Origin: Psammoneis japonica
Taxonomy: Eukaryota
Length of the DNA: 47,848 bases
Assembly (NCBI GenBank): GCA_008632985.1
Contig: QPGO01000132.1
Location: 186,001 to 233,848 of the forward strand
Reading direction: 5' to 3'
The notes below the pieces were generated by a model. That model was not told the DNA's origin. It searched no databases and was given only the letters and a program-made list of their open reading frames with translations. The translations under genes and the position numbers were made by a program. Below are positions 33,030 to 45,287 of the stretch, one piece after another. Each line of letters begins with the position of its first letter. Positions within the stretch are counted from its first letter, which is position 1.

Positions 33030-36000
33030 CATTTTTGTTCTGGCAGTGACTTGGGCTGATCACTGCATCAGCTGCCATTTCTGACCCCAGGCCAAAGGAT
33101 GAGCCAGGCCTTCCAAGCTCTTTTTCCATGTTTGGCTTTTTGAACATGACTGAGACAGCCCAGCCAACATGCTTGTTTTCTCCAGAGGTGCAGCCCCTCA
33201 TCTGCTCTGTCTGTGCTTCCACACATTGGAAGCACAAAAGGCTTCACATGTCTGCAGCCAATGAACTCTTGCACCACAAAGTGCTGCAGCACAGCAACCA
33301 ATCCCTGCTGAGCAGGAGCACCCTCTTTGATTTCCTGCATTCATCACAGGACAGCTCTCCCAGCACAACAACAGCCACACAGACTCTGTGAGCACCACAA
33401 GACAAATCCTCCATTTGGGCCAGTGCCTGTGTGCAAGCATGAGTGTGGAAATGAGCACAATCATGACAAGCTTGTGCTGACATGCAATTTCAAAGAGGGG
33501 GCAGAGAGGTTGGAGAATGCTGCACAGTTTGGCAAATTTTGACTTGTTGCTTTCAACATTTTTTCAAAGAGGAAAAAGCTCACTCTCTCACTTGTCAGAT
33601 CTGAGAGGAGATGGCAGCACTCACCACACCATGTCATCACATTTCACCATGCTGAAAAAGTGTCTGAGCCAGAAGATGATGATCATCATGGCCTGCCAAA
33701 CTTGTCTGCTGCCATGCTTTTCTGCACGGGGAGCAAGCACTTGCTCTGCCGCATTGTTCTTGATGACAATGGAGCCAACCAAACCATCTTGGTGATCTGT
33801 CAACAAAAATGGTCCAACATGGTCTCTGAATTTAGAGAATGAAGTTGTTCCTCATGATGACAACTTGCCCTCACCAGAGCACACCTTGAGGCGGAATGCT
33901 CCAAATGCAATCATTTTGGGACAACAAGAAAACTGTGACATGGTGCCACAACTGCACAGCAGCACATTTGCAAACATCAGAAAGGTTTGTTCCTTGTGCA
34001 CACCAGTGTCGTGAGTGGACTAAAAAGATGCCACCAAGGGAAAAATTGCTCAATGTGTGAGCCAAAAAAAGGTGATTGACCTTCAGTGTGGAAGCAGCAA
34101 AATGCAGTGGCTGGTTGCCACACAATGCTGCTGGAGTGGGGAGCACAGTGAGTCAGCATTGGGGGAAAAGACACAATGATTGGACACATGTTTTCTTGAA
34201 TGTTGTTGTGGACTGCAAAGAAAAACTGCCAGAACAGCTGTTAAAAATTCATGTCTCTGGTTGTTTGTGAACAAGCAAAAAAGTCCTGTCTGCAATGAAA
34301 GCCAGTTTGACTTCATCTTTTGCACAGTGTGCTCCATGTGTTCTTTGGCTTGAACTCAAAGTCTTTCCCAAATGTGGCCAACTGCAACTGAGACAAAAGA
34401 TCCATGCCACTGACATCACATCCACACAGTGACAAGGATTTGGAGACAGCCAGGTGAGCCTCTGTCATGGAAAAGTCAGCCATCTGGACAATCGAGTTCT
34501 TGGGGATGACATCACAGGCCTTTTTCCAAGCAGAGTGCACGTGGCTTTTTTGCAAATAAAAAGTGCTTGGTGATGTGGTGTCACAGAGAAAAACTGTGTT
34601 GACAATGGGGCACTTAGGTCCTCTTTCACTGCAATGGCTGCAGCGATGTGTGACCACATTTGTCATGACACGTTTGTTGACACCACACAGATTTCCAAAG
34701 ATGGGAGAGCTGGGAGGGACTTTGGCAGGTGACAAGCACCTCATGTCCAATGCAGCACTGATTGTGCTGTGGAGAGTTTTCAAAGAGACGTCCAAGAGAA
34801 GAATGTCATGCTGGTTGGGAGGGAGGCAATCAGGGTTGTCGTGAAGCACTGATTCTTTGCTTGACTTGGGGCTGGTGGTTGACATTTGGTTTGGAGGAAG
34901 CTCAAGCACAGCTGACTTCTCTGGAGTTTTGAGTTTCTGGGCTTCCATCATTGGCATTGGGGACATTGATGCCTGACCAGTTGTGTGTTGCTGTGTTGTT
35001 CCACAGTCAAGATTGCATTTGGCAGCAATGTGAAGGCAGTTGTCACAGCAGACGTGTGGTCCCAACTCTTGCCATGTTGTTGCAGTTGTGTTGCAATGCT
35101 TTGTGGACTAATTTCACAGTGCAAGGTGGGCATTCCATTGTCATTTGTCAAGCTCACAACTGGCCAGAGGACAGACCATCCCACTGGCCTTTGTCAGTTG
35201 GTTGTGTGCACATCCAGTGTGCACGTGCATGTGCAAAACTCTCTGTCACTCCAGCAGGCGGGGTGCCACACAGCCTCATCTTGCCAGCTGGGGCCTCTTG
35301 CAGGATCCAGCCATGCTGATCTGTTTGTTCCTGTTTCAACAAAGCTGGAAAAGTGAGAAGAGGAAAAGTTGACCACCTCAATCCAAGTGTCCCTTGGAAG
35401 GCATGGGTTGCAACCAACAACCCTTCAGGAACCTTGGCTGGTTCTTTTGAAGCCGCCAACTTCAAACAATTTTGAGCCTCCCCCAAAGGTTCCATGCATG
35501 AGCTCTTGCAAGGGTTGCCTTCATCCAAACTTTGGCATGACAAGGAGGCATCATTTTCCATTGGTCACTCCAGCACTCAAAAAGTCGAGCATGTCATTGG
35601 CAGTGTGCAGATTGTTGATTCTCTTTGAGGACTGGCACTCAGAAAAACAGATTGGCTTAAATTGTCCATCCTGACATTTTTTGTCCAACAACAAAGTCAG
35701 GAAAAACAACAAAGTCAGGAGAAGAAGAGCAAAAAAAGTTGAAAAATCTGGCCAGACTTCACAGAGCCCACAAATGAGACACGCTCAGCACACCCACTGA
35801 CGAACCCTGTTTGGTTCCTGGCTGATCTCCCACACAAAATGACAAGCTGTCATCTGACATGACAACCAAGAGGCATCTGCAAAGCTGCCAAGACTGCCGT
35901 GTCATGAGCTGGGGGGGCTTGTTCATTGGCTCAAGCCTCCTTGCCCACATGTGCATGTTGCTGGCATGAATGACACCACCTTGAGTGTTGCGCAGCAGCC

Positions 36001-36800
36001 TTGAAACCTGCCGGGAGACCTGTCCTTTGGAGGCATCCCAACAATGAACCACATCATCACCAAAGAGAAGGTGGAGGGATTTGTGGCAATCTCTGAGGGA
36101 GAGTCCTCCCCTTGGTCCTCACCGCACCCATCTGACAAAGAACAAATGTCCCAAAGTGCACTCCAGCCACCAGATCAAGCTGATTGTCACATGGAACCCA
36201 CCTGCAACACACAACCACCTGACTTGTGACAAGCTCAAGAAGCACCACTTTCAGCGGTGCTTTTGAGCCCTCTGAGCAGCTGGCATCTTCACTCAACCAG
36301 TGCCTCACAAACCCAGGAGGCAGCAGACAAAACAGATCTCAACGTTGCAGCAGTTGGACAGCTTCGCTGGATTTCAACAAAAGTGTGTGTGCACACAGCA
36401 CTTTGATCTGATGGACTTCTCCGTCCATGGCTGGTTTTTGGGTGTGTGCATCTCTTTTTCAACATGTGACCTGACCAGGCCAAGGAAGATGCAGCAGCCT
36501 TTCTAAACTTGACATGATGGATCAAGGTGGGATCCCAGAGACTGCAGCGAACAGCTTCGGCCATGTCTGTGTCAGCCACCTGCCAGGGCAGCTCGAGGAT
36601 GCAGCAGCTTTGGGGGCACCGCCGTGCACCACCACCACCCTGCCGCTCCTCCCTCCCAGTGGGGCCTTCAGAGTGCCAGTCAAGCTGTGTCACCTCATCC
36701 TTTGTGGATCAGCTTGCCTGACATGCGTTGAAACTCAACAAATCAATTGCTTTGCCACCATAAAATCATCCACTGAACTGCCAGCCCTGCGCGGTCTGCC
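33030..36800 (-). other. Heavily decayed sequence with coding remnants; origin not recognised
   Basis: Almost no TpA and few CpG. Fragments such as 34313..35065 lack diagnostic motifs. Confidence 0.25.
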
Positions 36801-36901
36801 ACTCTGTCTGCTCGCCCGCCGCGCCCTTGCAGGCTCAAGCCGCGACAACGCAAAACGCAACAGTAACAGCGTCAAAAGCAGAGACGAAACAGATTGAAGG
36901 C

Positions 36902-37804
36902 ATGACGGGATCGTTCTTGTTATTGTTGATTGTTGTGCTGCTAATCACTAAAAGCTTGCGCTCGGAAGGCTTCTCGGTGGAACCCGAGCCTTCAAGACGA
37001 GACTTCATCAAGTACGCTGTTGGAGCAGTGGCTGTTCTTGGTTATGGCAAGCTTGTGCGAGACGCGACGGAACGACTGTCCCGTGGTATTGCGTATCCAA
37101 TCGAACACGAACGCCAAGTTCAATCAACCATTTCTACAGCGCTTTTGAATGCTCATCATGAAGAGAGAAGGATACTTCGAGTGTTGGAAATTGGGATTGG
37201 ACCGGAATGCCGAACCATAAAACGAGGTTTGTACAACACGGCCATCACAGAGTTGTCCCAGTCGGAGAAAGTATCTGGAGTAGAACTAAGAGGATTAGAT
37301 TTGAAAGCGCCCTCTGAAAAGATATTGAGAGAGTCGAGAGAAGTGTTGCTAGATGCCGCAGGAACCTCCTTTTCTGTAGATTTTGACGCTTTTCCTGCCG
37401 ACATTACAACAACTTCACAACTTTCGCATTTTCCGAATGGCTACTTTGATGCCATTGTTTGTTCGTTGACACTATGCAGTGTTACCGACCCTCAGTTGGC
37501 ACTGTCAGAAATCAAGCGGCTACTTTGCCCAAACGGCGGTACCTTTGGTTACGTGGAACATGTTGCGGTAGAGCCTAGCGATGACGGTCATCCGTTTCTT
37601 GCATGGCAACAGGAGTTTTTTGATCCTGTACAACAAGCGGTGGCCGACAATTGTCATTTACGTCGACACACAGAGGCCACCATTGCAGATGTGTTTGAAG
37701 TTGGGCAATTGAAATCGCATTTTTTACGAAAGGAACGATTCTTTGTTGACGACATGTGGCCCGTCTCCTGTCAGTGCTCTGGTGTCGTTCAAAGAGTATC
37801 CTGA
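36902..37804 (+). CDS. Class I SAM-dependent methyltransferase (METTL7/Methyltransf_11-like), probably plastid-targeted
   Basis: VLEIGIG motif I; FDAIVCSLTLCSV.DP..ALSEIKRLL.P.GG; YVEHV; NCHL.R. The ATG at 36902 starts a signal peptide ending SEG-F. Confidence 0.88.
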   Translation: MTGSFLLLLIVVLLITKSLRSEGFSVEPEPSRRDFIKYAVGAVAVLGYGKLVRDATERLSRGIAYPIEHERQVQSTISTALLNAHHEERRILRVLEIGIGPECRTIKRGLYNTAITELSQSEKVSGVELRGLDLKAPSEKILRESREVLLDAAGTSFSVDFDAFPADITTTSQLSHFPNGYFDAIVCSLTLCSVTDPQLALSEIKRLLCPNGGTFGYVEHVAVEPSDDGHPFLAWQQEFFDPVQQAVADNCHLRRHTEATIADVFEVGQLKSHFLRKERFFVDDMWPVSCQCSGVVQRVS

Positions 37805-38230
37805 CGAATGTTGCATTCGTACTGACGATGCGTTAGAGGGCCGTGGTTTTGTCAGCTGTCGTACATTCAGAGAAGCTTTCGAGGTTCGACACAGATCAAG
37901 ACTTAGTCTATGCGAGATATACGGGCACAAGTGATGTGCTGTTGTACCGCATAACGTTGCGATACCCCATGGCTCTGTGCTTCTCAATGAACACATATGG
38001 CCCATGTTCCAAGTACAGTATGTCGTCTCCACCCTTTTCTCCATTCGATTGTAAATGTGCTCGACTGCTCGCACCCTTCCCCAGAAATCTTTCTATTTGT
38101 TCTACGCCCTCGTTGCGTCAGCTACACTAGCGAAAAGTACAAAAAATGGAGAGGGGAATCCCATATGTAGGTCGGAAATCTATTAATAATAAGAATTTAT
38201 GACTTGCATTCGTGATACACTCATATATCT

Positions 38231-39343
38231 TCACATTGCCGCAAGATGGGCAAATACAGAGCCAATGTAGAACGTCTCTCCCAAACTTTGTACATCGGGA
38301 CGATTGAAGCTGCAAACGAAAATAGCAGCAAGGGCAGAGATCAAAAGAAGCACTCCAGGAGCAATGCCTCCTGCCTTATTCTTCAGCATAGCACCTGCCA
38401 TTCCGATTTGGTACAGAACGATTGCGAAAACGGGAAGCATGCACTCCAATACCTTTCCAGAGGTATAGGCCAATGTTCCCGCAAGGTACCGTCCATTGTG
38501 AACTGTCAATCGACGGTTGTCAGCAACTTTCATTTCAGATGAATCGAACAAGATCCATCGGGTGCACTTGATAAGGGCAAGAGCAAGCCATGCTGTCTGC
38601 AAAAGAGTCTTGGTTTTTGCAAAAAGCAACCCGTGTTTTCCTGCAATTTCCGTAACGACTACCGCAACCATGGGAACAGATGCACCATGAAGCACACAGC
38701 AAAGCTTAGAAAGACGCCGAAGTATTATGCCTTCTCCCAAAACTTTTCCGGCTGCTCTGACAGCATTATCCGTAAAAAGTCCAGCGTAGCTGACAATGAG
38801 CGATAACTTGGAGATTGAGCGAATTGATACACCATTTTGAAGAAGAAGAAAGAAGGATGCAGCGGCCAACAATATATTGACTCTGTGAACATTTGATCCA
38901 TTGCTCCACCATTGTTTTAATGGTAAAGTTCGAGATGACAGCTCCGCCTCCCGTGCTAGAGTTCTTCGGAAAACCTCATCACATGCTGCGCTGTCTAAAG
39001 ACGCTGATGGGTGCAACCAGAGATCATTAATGTAGTAACTGGAGTATCTAACTTTCCGCAGGCTCACAGGATGACTTGCAACGGAAACTGGTCTTGCACA
39101 AACGGGTTTGTTGGATGCAAATGAAGTAGGGAACAACTGATCCCTCCGGCCATCAACTACTGGAATCAGCTTTTGACGAGAACTGTCCAAACAAGCTGTG
39201 TCCGACCACAACGGAGCAATGAAGGTGGTTGGATTACCATAAGTCTTCCGCGGCGACAGTGGTGCGGCTAAAAATGCAAACGATTGTGCACTTCTCATGC
39301 CGACAAGAGCGGAAAAAGCAAACCAGACAGCAATCATCGTCAC
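38231..39343 (-). CDS. Multi-pass membrane protein of unknown function with bipartite plastid-type presequence
   Basis: 370-aa ORF with signal peptide, AQS-FAF motif and Ser/Thr/Pro transit-like segment, plus several hydrophobic helices. Normal composition. Confidence 0.7.
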   Translation of the reverse strand: MTMIAVWFAFSALVGMRSAQSFAFLAAPLSPRKTYGNPTTFIAPLWSDTACLDSSRQKLIPVVDGRRDQLFPTSFASNKPVCARPVSVASHPVSLRKVRYSSYYINDLWLHPSASLDSAACDEVFRRTLAREAELSSRTLPLKQWWSNGSNVHRVNILLAAASFFLLLQNGVSIRSISKLSLIVSYAGLFTDNAVRAAGKVLGEGIILRRLSKLCCVLHGASVPMVAVVVTEIAGKHGLLFAKTKTLLQTAWLALALIKCTRWILFDSSEMKVADNRRLTVHNGRYLAGTLAYTSGKVLECMLPVFAIVLYQIGMAGAMLKNKAGGIAPGVLLLISALAAIFVCSFNRPDVQSLGETFYIGSVFAHLAAM

Positions 39344-39609
39344 TCATGTTGTGTCTGACTTGTGTGCCCGCCCAGCTGTTCCTCTTCAATTTCTGAAGGT
39401 TCACCTCAATGGGCAATATTCTAAATTAATTCAACGCTAGAGATCGTCAATTAAGATGATTCTGTACAAACGGCGATAGATGCCTCATTTTTAAGACTAT
39501 CATGTATGCATAAATGATTGATAAAAGCTATTTTATGGGGCTATTTATTATTTCTATTCTGTATCAGAAACTCCCTCCAGCCAACTGAAAACGCTACAGT
39601 AACGCCCAA

Positions 39610-40960
39610 CGCACACGCAGACCATCCAACTCCTCACTGCTGTAATCACCGCCCGCCTCTCTTGCTTCCTGGTCCAACTGCCGCTCTTTCCCCACCGCCT
39701 CTGTTCTACGGTGTCTCCCGACACCTGCCCCAACTCTCTTCCAACTGGACTCATCCTTGCCTGCCACCATCTCTGGCCATTTCCTCCGAGGCCCAGCCCC
39801 ACATACCTGCCCATGCCACCACAACAAAAACAAACAACCCTCCTCCACCTCTCCCAACAATTGGGGGGCTCCAACCGGCTCTCCCTCCCCTGCTCTCACC
39901 TCTTGCCAGCCTTTGCCTCTGCTTCCTCTCCTGCCCCCACCTCTGCAACTGCCTCTCCTGCTCCCAAGAACTCTCACCCTTTTTTTCTCATTCACAAATT
40001 TTGCCCCCACCCCGCTGTTCCTCCAGACCTCTGACGTTCGCCTTGCCCCCTGTGACCACTCTTGCCCCCATCTCTGTGGTGATCATGCACTCATGTGCCA
40101 CACAAATCACAAAGAACCTTTTTCCAATCACATCCATGACACCATCTGCTTCATGATCATTGAGGCTCGAGACCCTTGGTTCTCTTGCTGGCCTGCGCCG
40201 ATCCTCTTGCCACCACCACATCTTTTTCGAACACTCCAGTCTCATTTCTGACCCCATCCCTCAACAGCAGGGCCCAAGTTGACCCTCAGTTTTGTTGAAA
40301 TGCACTCTTTTTTGTGGCAAAACATTGAAAAATGACAGCAGGTGCGCCAACTCAGTTCTTTTCAGGCACCGGGGTTTCTCTGCACTTCCTCCTCCTCTGC
40401 CCCTTTTGTGACAAGCTGCATTTTTGGTTGGCACAGGTGGCAGTCCATTTGCAGCCAGCATCCCCTCTGGACACTTTGTGCACACTCACAGCTGACCAAA
40501 CAGCACTGTGTCTGTGATCTGTGAGGAGACATGTGCGCTGATCACGCTCAGATGTCGAGGAGCAGTGCCCTGATGTTGCCACGCATCTCTTTCAGATTGT
40601 CTCCTTGTAGACTGGAGAACAGCTTTTGCACTGTCTCTCTCATCAACATTTCTCTCACTTGCAGGAATCACCAAAAACAAAAACAAAAAGACTGAGCCAC
40701 ACACCAGACTGAGTGGTGCTGCTGTCTCGCCCCAAATTTGTGCACAAAACTGTGCTTTGCCTAAAAGCCCACATGCTTTGACAGTGCAAGCACAAATGGA
40801 ATGTCAAGAACATTTTGTTGTGTCCTCAATTGTTTGGTCTGCCATCTTCTTTTTCAGCAGGAAAACAGTTGCATGGCTCAAGAGAGTGGACTCCTGCAAG
40901 CTGCAAGTGTGTGAGAAATCCCTGTCACCACACCTGCAGACAACACATTTGGCACTGGTT
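39610..40960. other. TpA-depleted, pyrimidine-skewed decayed insertion between intact genes
   Basis: Abrupt loss of TpA relative to the AT-rich flank at 39400..39600. No family motif seen. Confidence 0.45.
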
Positions 40961-41183
40961 TAACCTTGTTGTCATTGACCCTCCTGTTTAGAAAGCTGGC
41001 GTGTGGGGTTGATTTTGGTCTTGAGTTGTGTTTGTTTTTGGCGAATGATCAAATCGTGGAAACAAAAACCCGGATTCGTACCACGACTGAAACGATCATT
41101 CGAACGCGTCGAATCATCACGAAGCACGTAAGACACGGGACCAACTATCGAAAGGAAAACCAGAAGAAACAAAAAAAGCAACC

Positions 41184-41438
41184 ATGACAAATGTCTGTGA
41201 AGATGCAGCCGACAAGACTGTGAATGGAAAGACCCCCAAGGTCGAGTCACGTGGACTAGCAATATGTTTGGGTATTGTCAACTGCTTCTTTTTCGGGATT
41301 GGAACCATGATTGCCGGCTTTATAGCCAATGATCTTGCCGATGTTTTGATCGGTGTCGGTCAGCTCTTTATTCCCTTTGTGGGATGGATCTGGTCCATCG
41401 TATGGGGAATTCTCATGATTTGTGACAAGGGAGAATAG
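41184..41438 (+). CDS. Small Spec3/Stum-like membrane protein
   Basis: IVNCFFFGIGTMIAG...LIGVGQLF...VGWIWSIVWG pattern. Confidence 0.8.
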   Translation: MTNVCEDAADKTVNGKTPKVESRGLAICLGIVNCFFFGIGTMIAGFIANDLADVLIGVGQLFIPFVGWIWSIVWGILMICDKGE

Positions 41439-41787
41439 GGGACGCGAAGAAACGTCGTGGAGTGGGAATCTTTGTCCAGTCTAGCTCGGCCGTTTGTCCA
41501 TTCTAAAGTTGATCACATGTTTATTGAAAGGATTCGTGGCTTTCGTGGGAATAGCTACCAGTATGGTAAATTAGTCATTAGCGCAACAAATGGATAGCAT
41601 CTACATAGGTACAGCGTTGACCACGATTCTTATGGTTCTCTATCTTTACACTAGGGTTATCTTGCCTACGTCTGCAAGGCTTATCTCACACCACGTGACA
41701 ACTAAATTGCACTGATACTTTATAGGCGACAGGCTTAGGCCGTATTACTAAATCCCGCGCATCGTCCAAACAGTACTCTTTCTCTCC

Positions 41788-43047
41788 TTAAGTTTCATCT
41801 TGCATAACCCACGGAGGACACGCAATCGCTGGCAAATTCTCTTGCGGAGCCGCACAGCTTGCCATTTTCTCATCCCACGTGTTCATGACACAATACCACT
41901 CACTCCCATGGCGCTCCAGAATCTGTGCCTTGTCCATGGACCTCAAACACGCCCGCCACTTGCCACACGAGGTGCATCGAATCCACTCGTAGGGTTCCTT
42001 GGAGGACGTCGACGCCGACCGCTTGTTGCCACCGCGTGTCATGGGACGACGGGCATCTCGAAAGGATTCTTGTCCGCGCAAACGACGGACCCAAACACGC
42101 AAATGCTTGCGGGTACGAGCGTCCGCCGCGTCTTCTTCGGGCTTGGAGGTTTCCGAGTACTCTTCCTCCGGAGCGGAACAGCGAGAGCGTTCCGGGTCGT
42201 TCTTGTTCATGGAACAATACCAACGAGACGGAAGCTTGGTTTCGTCCACCACTCCGCGGAGACGGCGCCACTGGAAAAAGAAGAGAAGAGGTGTGTGAGG
42301 ATTTGGAATTTGAATTTCAGAAACACAACATAAGTTTATGCAGAAACATACCTTTTTACACTTGTCACACTCGACCCACGTGGCATGACTGCTGCCCGTG
42401 GTGGGTCCAAAGATGGATCCTCCCTCTTCAAGGCCATCCTTACTTTCGGTAACGTCGCTGGAAGTCGCAGACTTCTTGGTTGCTACGGCTGGCACAGACT
42501 CGCTATCGGACGTTCCCGACGACAGTCCGCTGTCCGTAGCATCATCTTTACTACGCTTTTTCTTTTTCTTACTCTTTTTCGAACGACGCACCGCCGGTTC
42601 CACCGTGGCTTCCGGAGCTTTTTTAGATTGCTCTTCGGGTAGAGACGCAGCCGCCACGTTGCTTCCGGTCCGACGAAGCATCCAGAGACGCTTGCGCATG
42701 GCAGCCTTGATATCCGACCTCTCCAAGCGTTCCTCATCCGGCTCGGAATCGGAATCACTGACAATCGATCCAATCGCTGAATAGCGATCATCTTCGAGGG
42801 CACGACGCATTTGATCTTGAACCGCCATTTGTTGGGCGTGATGCTTTTTGGAAGACGACGACGACGACTTTTTGCGTTCCTTTTCCTTTTTCTTTTTTGA
42901 CTTTTTCGTGCCGTCCTTTTTGCGTTTTTTCGATGGACGCGGTTGCTCCGCGTTTTCGGGGGTCGGTGGTGGTGGAGCGATTGTGGCCATGACTGTCGGG
43001 GATGCCGGAGGAGAGGACGGTGCCAACTTGGTTTCTTCAGAACTCAT
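41788..43047 (-). CDS. Nuclear protein with two CW-type zinc fingers; 81-nt in-frame intron (42271..42351)
   Basis: WVECDKCKK|WR...WYCSMN...C..PEE and WIRCTSCGKWR...WYCVMNTWD...C..PQE. Lys-rich NLS-like tracts. Intron GTATGT...TTCCAG. Confidence 0.88.
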   Translation of the reverse strand: MSSEETKLAPSSPPASPTVMATIAPPPPTPENAEQPRPSKKRKKDGTKKSKKKKEKERKKSSSSSSKKHHAQQMAVQDQMRRALEDDRYSAIGSIVSDSDSEPDEERLERSDIKAAMRKRLWMLRRTGSNVAAASLPEEQSKKAPEATVEPAVRRSKKSKKKKKRSKDDATDSGLSSGTSDSESVPAVATKKSATSSDVTESKDGLEEGGSIFGPTTGSSHATWVECDKCKKVCFCINLCCVSEIQIPNPHTPLLFFFQWRRLRGVVDETKLPSRWYCSMNKNDPERSRCSAPEEEYSETSKPEEDAADARTRKHLRVWVRRLRGQESFRDARRPMTRGGNKRSASTSSKEPYEWIRCTSCGKWRACLRSMDKAQILERHGSEWYCVMNTWDEKMASCAAPQENLPAIACPPWVMQDET

Positions 43048-43369
43048 GGCGTATGGATATGCTATGGCTAGTTGCTGTTGTTGTTGTCGCTTTGTGCCGT
43101 GTCTGCCGTGTGTGTCATCGGCGTGTTTTGTCGTTTGTTTTTGTTGAAGCTATTTGCCAAACACAACCAAACGAAAAAATTGCCGGTGGTATGGTCGGTC
43201 ACCTGTGACGAAATTCAGTCAGTCAGACAGGCAAAAATATGAAATAATGACGTCATGTTCACGTCACCTTGGTTAAAAAAACGCGCGACGGGCGCGGGCG
43301 CAGCGTAGTTTAGTCACCGGTGCCGTCTTGTTGGAAGTCACAACGCGCAACTCGTTTTGTTTCGCAGCC

Positions 43370-43935
43370 ATGGCGGCGATTTGCATTGGAGGCATTTGCG
43401 TTCCTTACAGTGCCGTGCTCCCAACATTGGCACTGGCACTGAAATGGATCACCACAAAACTGGCCGTGTTGGGAATTTGCCCGATTCTGTCGTGGAATGG
43501 TTTGGGTTGCAACAACAGCAAACTGCCACCAAGAGCTGCTGTCAAGAAAATGCCTCCCGGAGCATCAACACAACTGGAGCTCCATCTGCAAGAACAATCG
43601 AATCGACAGAGGAATGGAGCGGCTTGATTCAAGATGACAAGATGGAAGTCGTCAAGTTCACCGCATCCTGGTGCAAACCCTGCAAAGAAATTGCTCCCTG
43701 CTTTTCTCAGCTCTCCTCTGGAGACTTTGACGCGACCTTTTGTCAAGTCGATGTCGATGATCTAGACGAGGCAGTGGCTCAGCACAAGGTGGCCATGATG
43801 CCCACCTTTTGTGTCATCAAGGGAAAGCAAGAATTGGCCGCGAGTCGAGGAGCCAATCAAGCTGATTTAGAACACATGGTGACGCAACATGTTCCAAGAC
43901 GAGCCCAGCAATTCATCAAAAAGCATGTGCAGTAG
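43370..43935 (+). pseudogene. Hypermutated, frameshifted copy of the thioredoxin at 47405
   Basis: Colinear with 47405..47848. WCKPC active site. 1-nt deletion near 43475. Only 2 TpA remain where the intact copy has 14. Confidence 0.92.
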
Positions 43936-44198
43936 ATTCAAGTTTGACAAGAAGCACAGAGATTTAAATGGACTGCTTGCAGTCTTCTCCTCCTTTCTAG
44001 AGTCCATGCGAAAACGATGCTTCGTAATTGAGGATTGCAAATCCAGCGAAAAGACACACGCCAAACCCGACGATGTCCCTTTGGCATCACGAAGTCGTGC
44101 ACCGACGGCAATGGCACCGCCGCTTGCGGACAGAGAAACTGACTCTCCAAACCTGTCACTCGATGTCTCCCCCGTCAAGGATGTGCCCACCTGTTTCC

Positions 44199-44548
44199 GA
44201 CGCGTTCCAGGTCTAGGTGGGACCTCGCACCACTGAACTGTGACATCGACAGTTTTTTGAATCTCGTCGTATGTCGCGCACGTAGAATTCTACGTGATTT
44301 TTTGATGTTTTGTGTCATTTTACGGTGCACTTGTTGAGCGATCCGTCCAAAAACTTTTGACATTTTTTGTTACAGCGCGATTCTATGATGTCTTAAGAAT
44401 CGCACAGGGCAGGTGCATTTGCAAAAACGTCAAGTGGCAAGAGGCACAATTGTGCCACAAACTTGGCCGTTCATTTGATGTTGAAGATGAACACATCCAT
44501 CAATTAAATTCTCGCACTGCGGAGCTCGCACGTAGAATTCTACGGGCC
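44199..44548 (+). mobile_element. MITE copy 1; right end lost at an assembly N (44549)
   Basis: The first ~95 bp match the reverse complement of 45190..45287. The sequence before the N matches the subterminal part of the other end of copy 2. Confidence 0.8.
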
Positions 44549-44880
44549 NTTGGCGTCGTGCCAGTGGCCTCCCGCCACTGCGACACATCCGTTTGCACTC
44601 TCAAAGACACGGACCAGCCAAACTCATTGTCCACTTGCAGAGTGGAAAGGGTTTGGCCTCGTTGTTCCCATGACTCAGAAGAGCTGTCGCATTCACACAC
44701 AAAGACTCGTCCAATGGTCGGAAGGTCCAAAAACTCGCCGGGTGCACCCATGGCCATGACCAATCCACTGTCATCCAGCAACACCGAGTGTCCAAACCAA
44801 CCACCGGTGATTGGACCATCAACAGCATCACCCATGGGTTCCCATGTGGACATTTCTGAGCTGTGCTGAAACACAGAAAC

Positions 44881-45287
44881 GACGGGTTCCAGTCCCAGGT
44901 GGGACTCCAGTCTGGGACTCCGTGTGACATTGGGCCCGCAGAATTCTGCGTGCGAGCTCCGCAGCAAATTTGTGCTGCAATGAAAACATGAATGATCGCC
45001 AACAGAAAAAGAGGCAATTTTACGAACGTTCTCCTCCTTCATGCTTGGAGTGCATCATTGACAGTTTGCCCGGGTGTGTTCTTCAGACATTAAAGAATGT
45101 GCCCAGCATTTTCATTCTCACAAATGTTGAAAATAGAAAGTCTTTGGCTTCGCAAAACAGGGAGTGTGAAACAATTTCGTAGAATTTCACACGTAGAAAT
45201 GTGCGTGCGCGACATGCGACGCGATCCAAAAAACTGTTGATGTCACAGTGCAGCAGTGCGAGGTCCCACCTAGAGCTGGAACGCGTC
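44881..45287 (-). mobile_element. MITE copy 2 (407 bp), imperfect ~26-bp TIRs, 4-bp TSD AAAC
   Basis: GACGGGTTCCAGTCCCAGGTGGGAC ... GTCCCACCTAGAGCTGGAACGCGTC, flanked by AAAC on both sides. Removing it restores the host frame G-Q-V-S-V-F. Confidence 0.88.

Noticed and set aside
39518..40257. Pro/Leu-rich and Gly/Arg-rich ORFs
   Set aside because: Products of strand-skewed, TpA-depleted low-complexity sequence with no recognisable domain.
22625..43047. Dicer and zf-CW genes as a functional cluster encoding the mutator
   Set aside because: Neither has a deaminase or polymerase domain, they are 15 kb apart with unrelated genes between, and no candidate mutator enzyme is visible in the window.
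44199..45287. A single 1.1-kb element that captured an FG-GAP exon
   Set aside because: A second terminus at 44881 with an AAAC TSD shows two oppositely oriented MITEs with host sequence between them.
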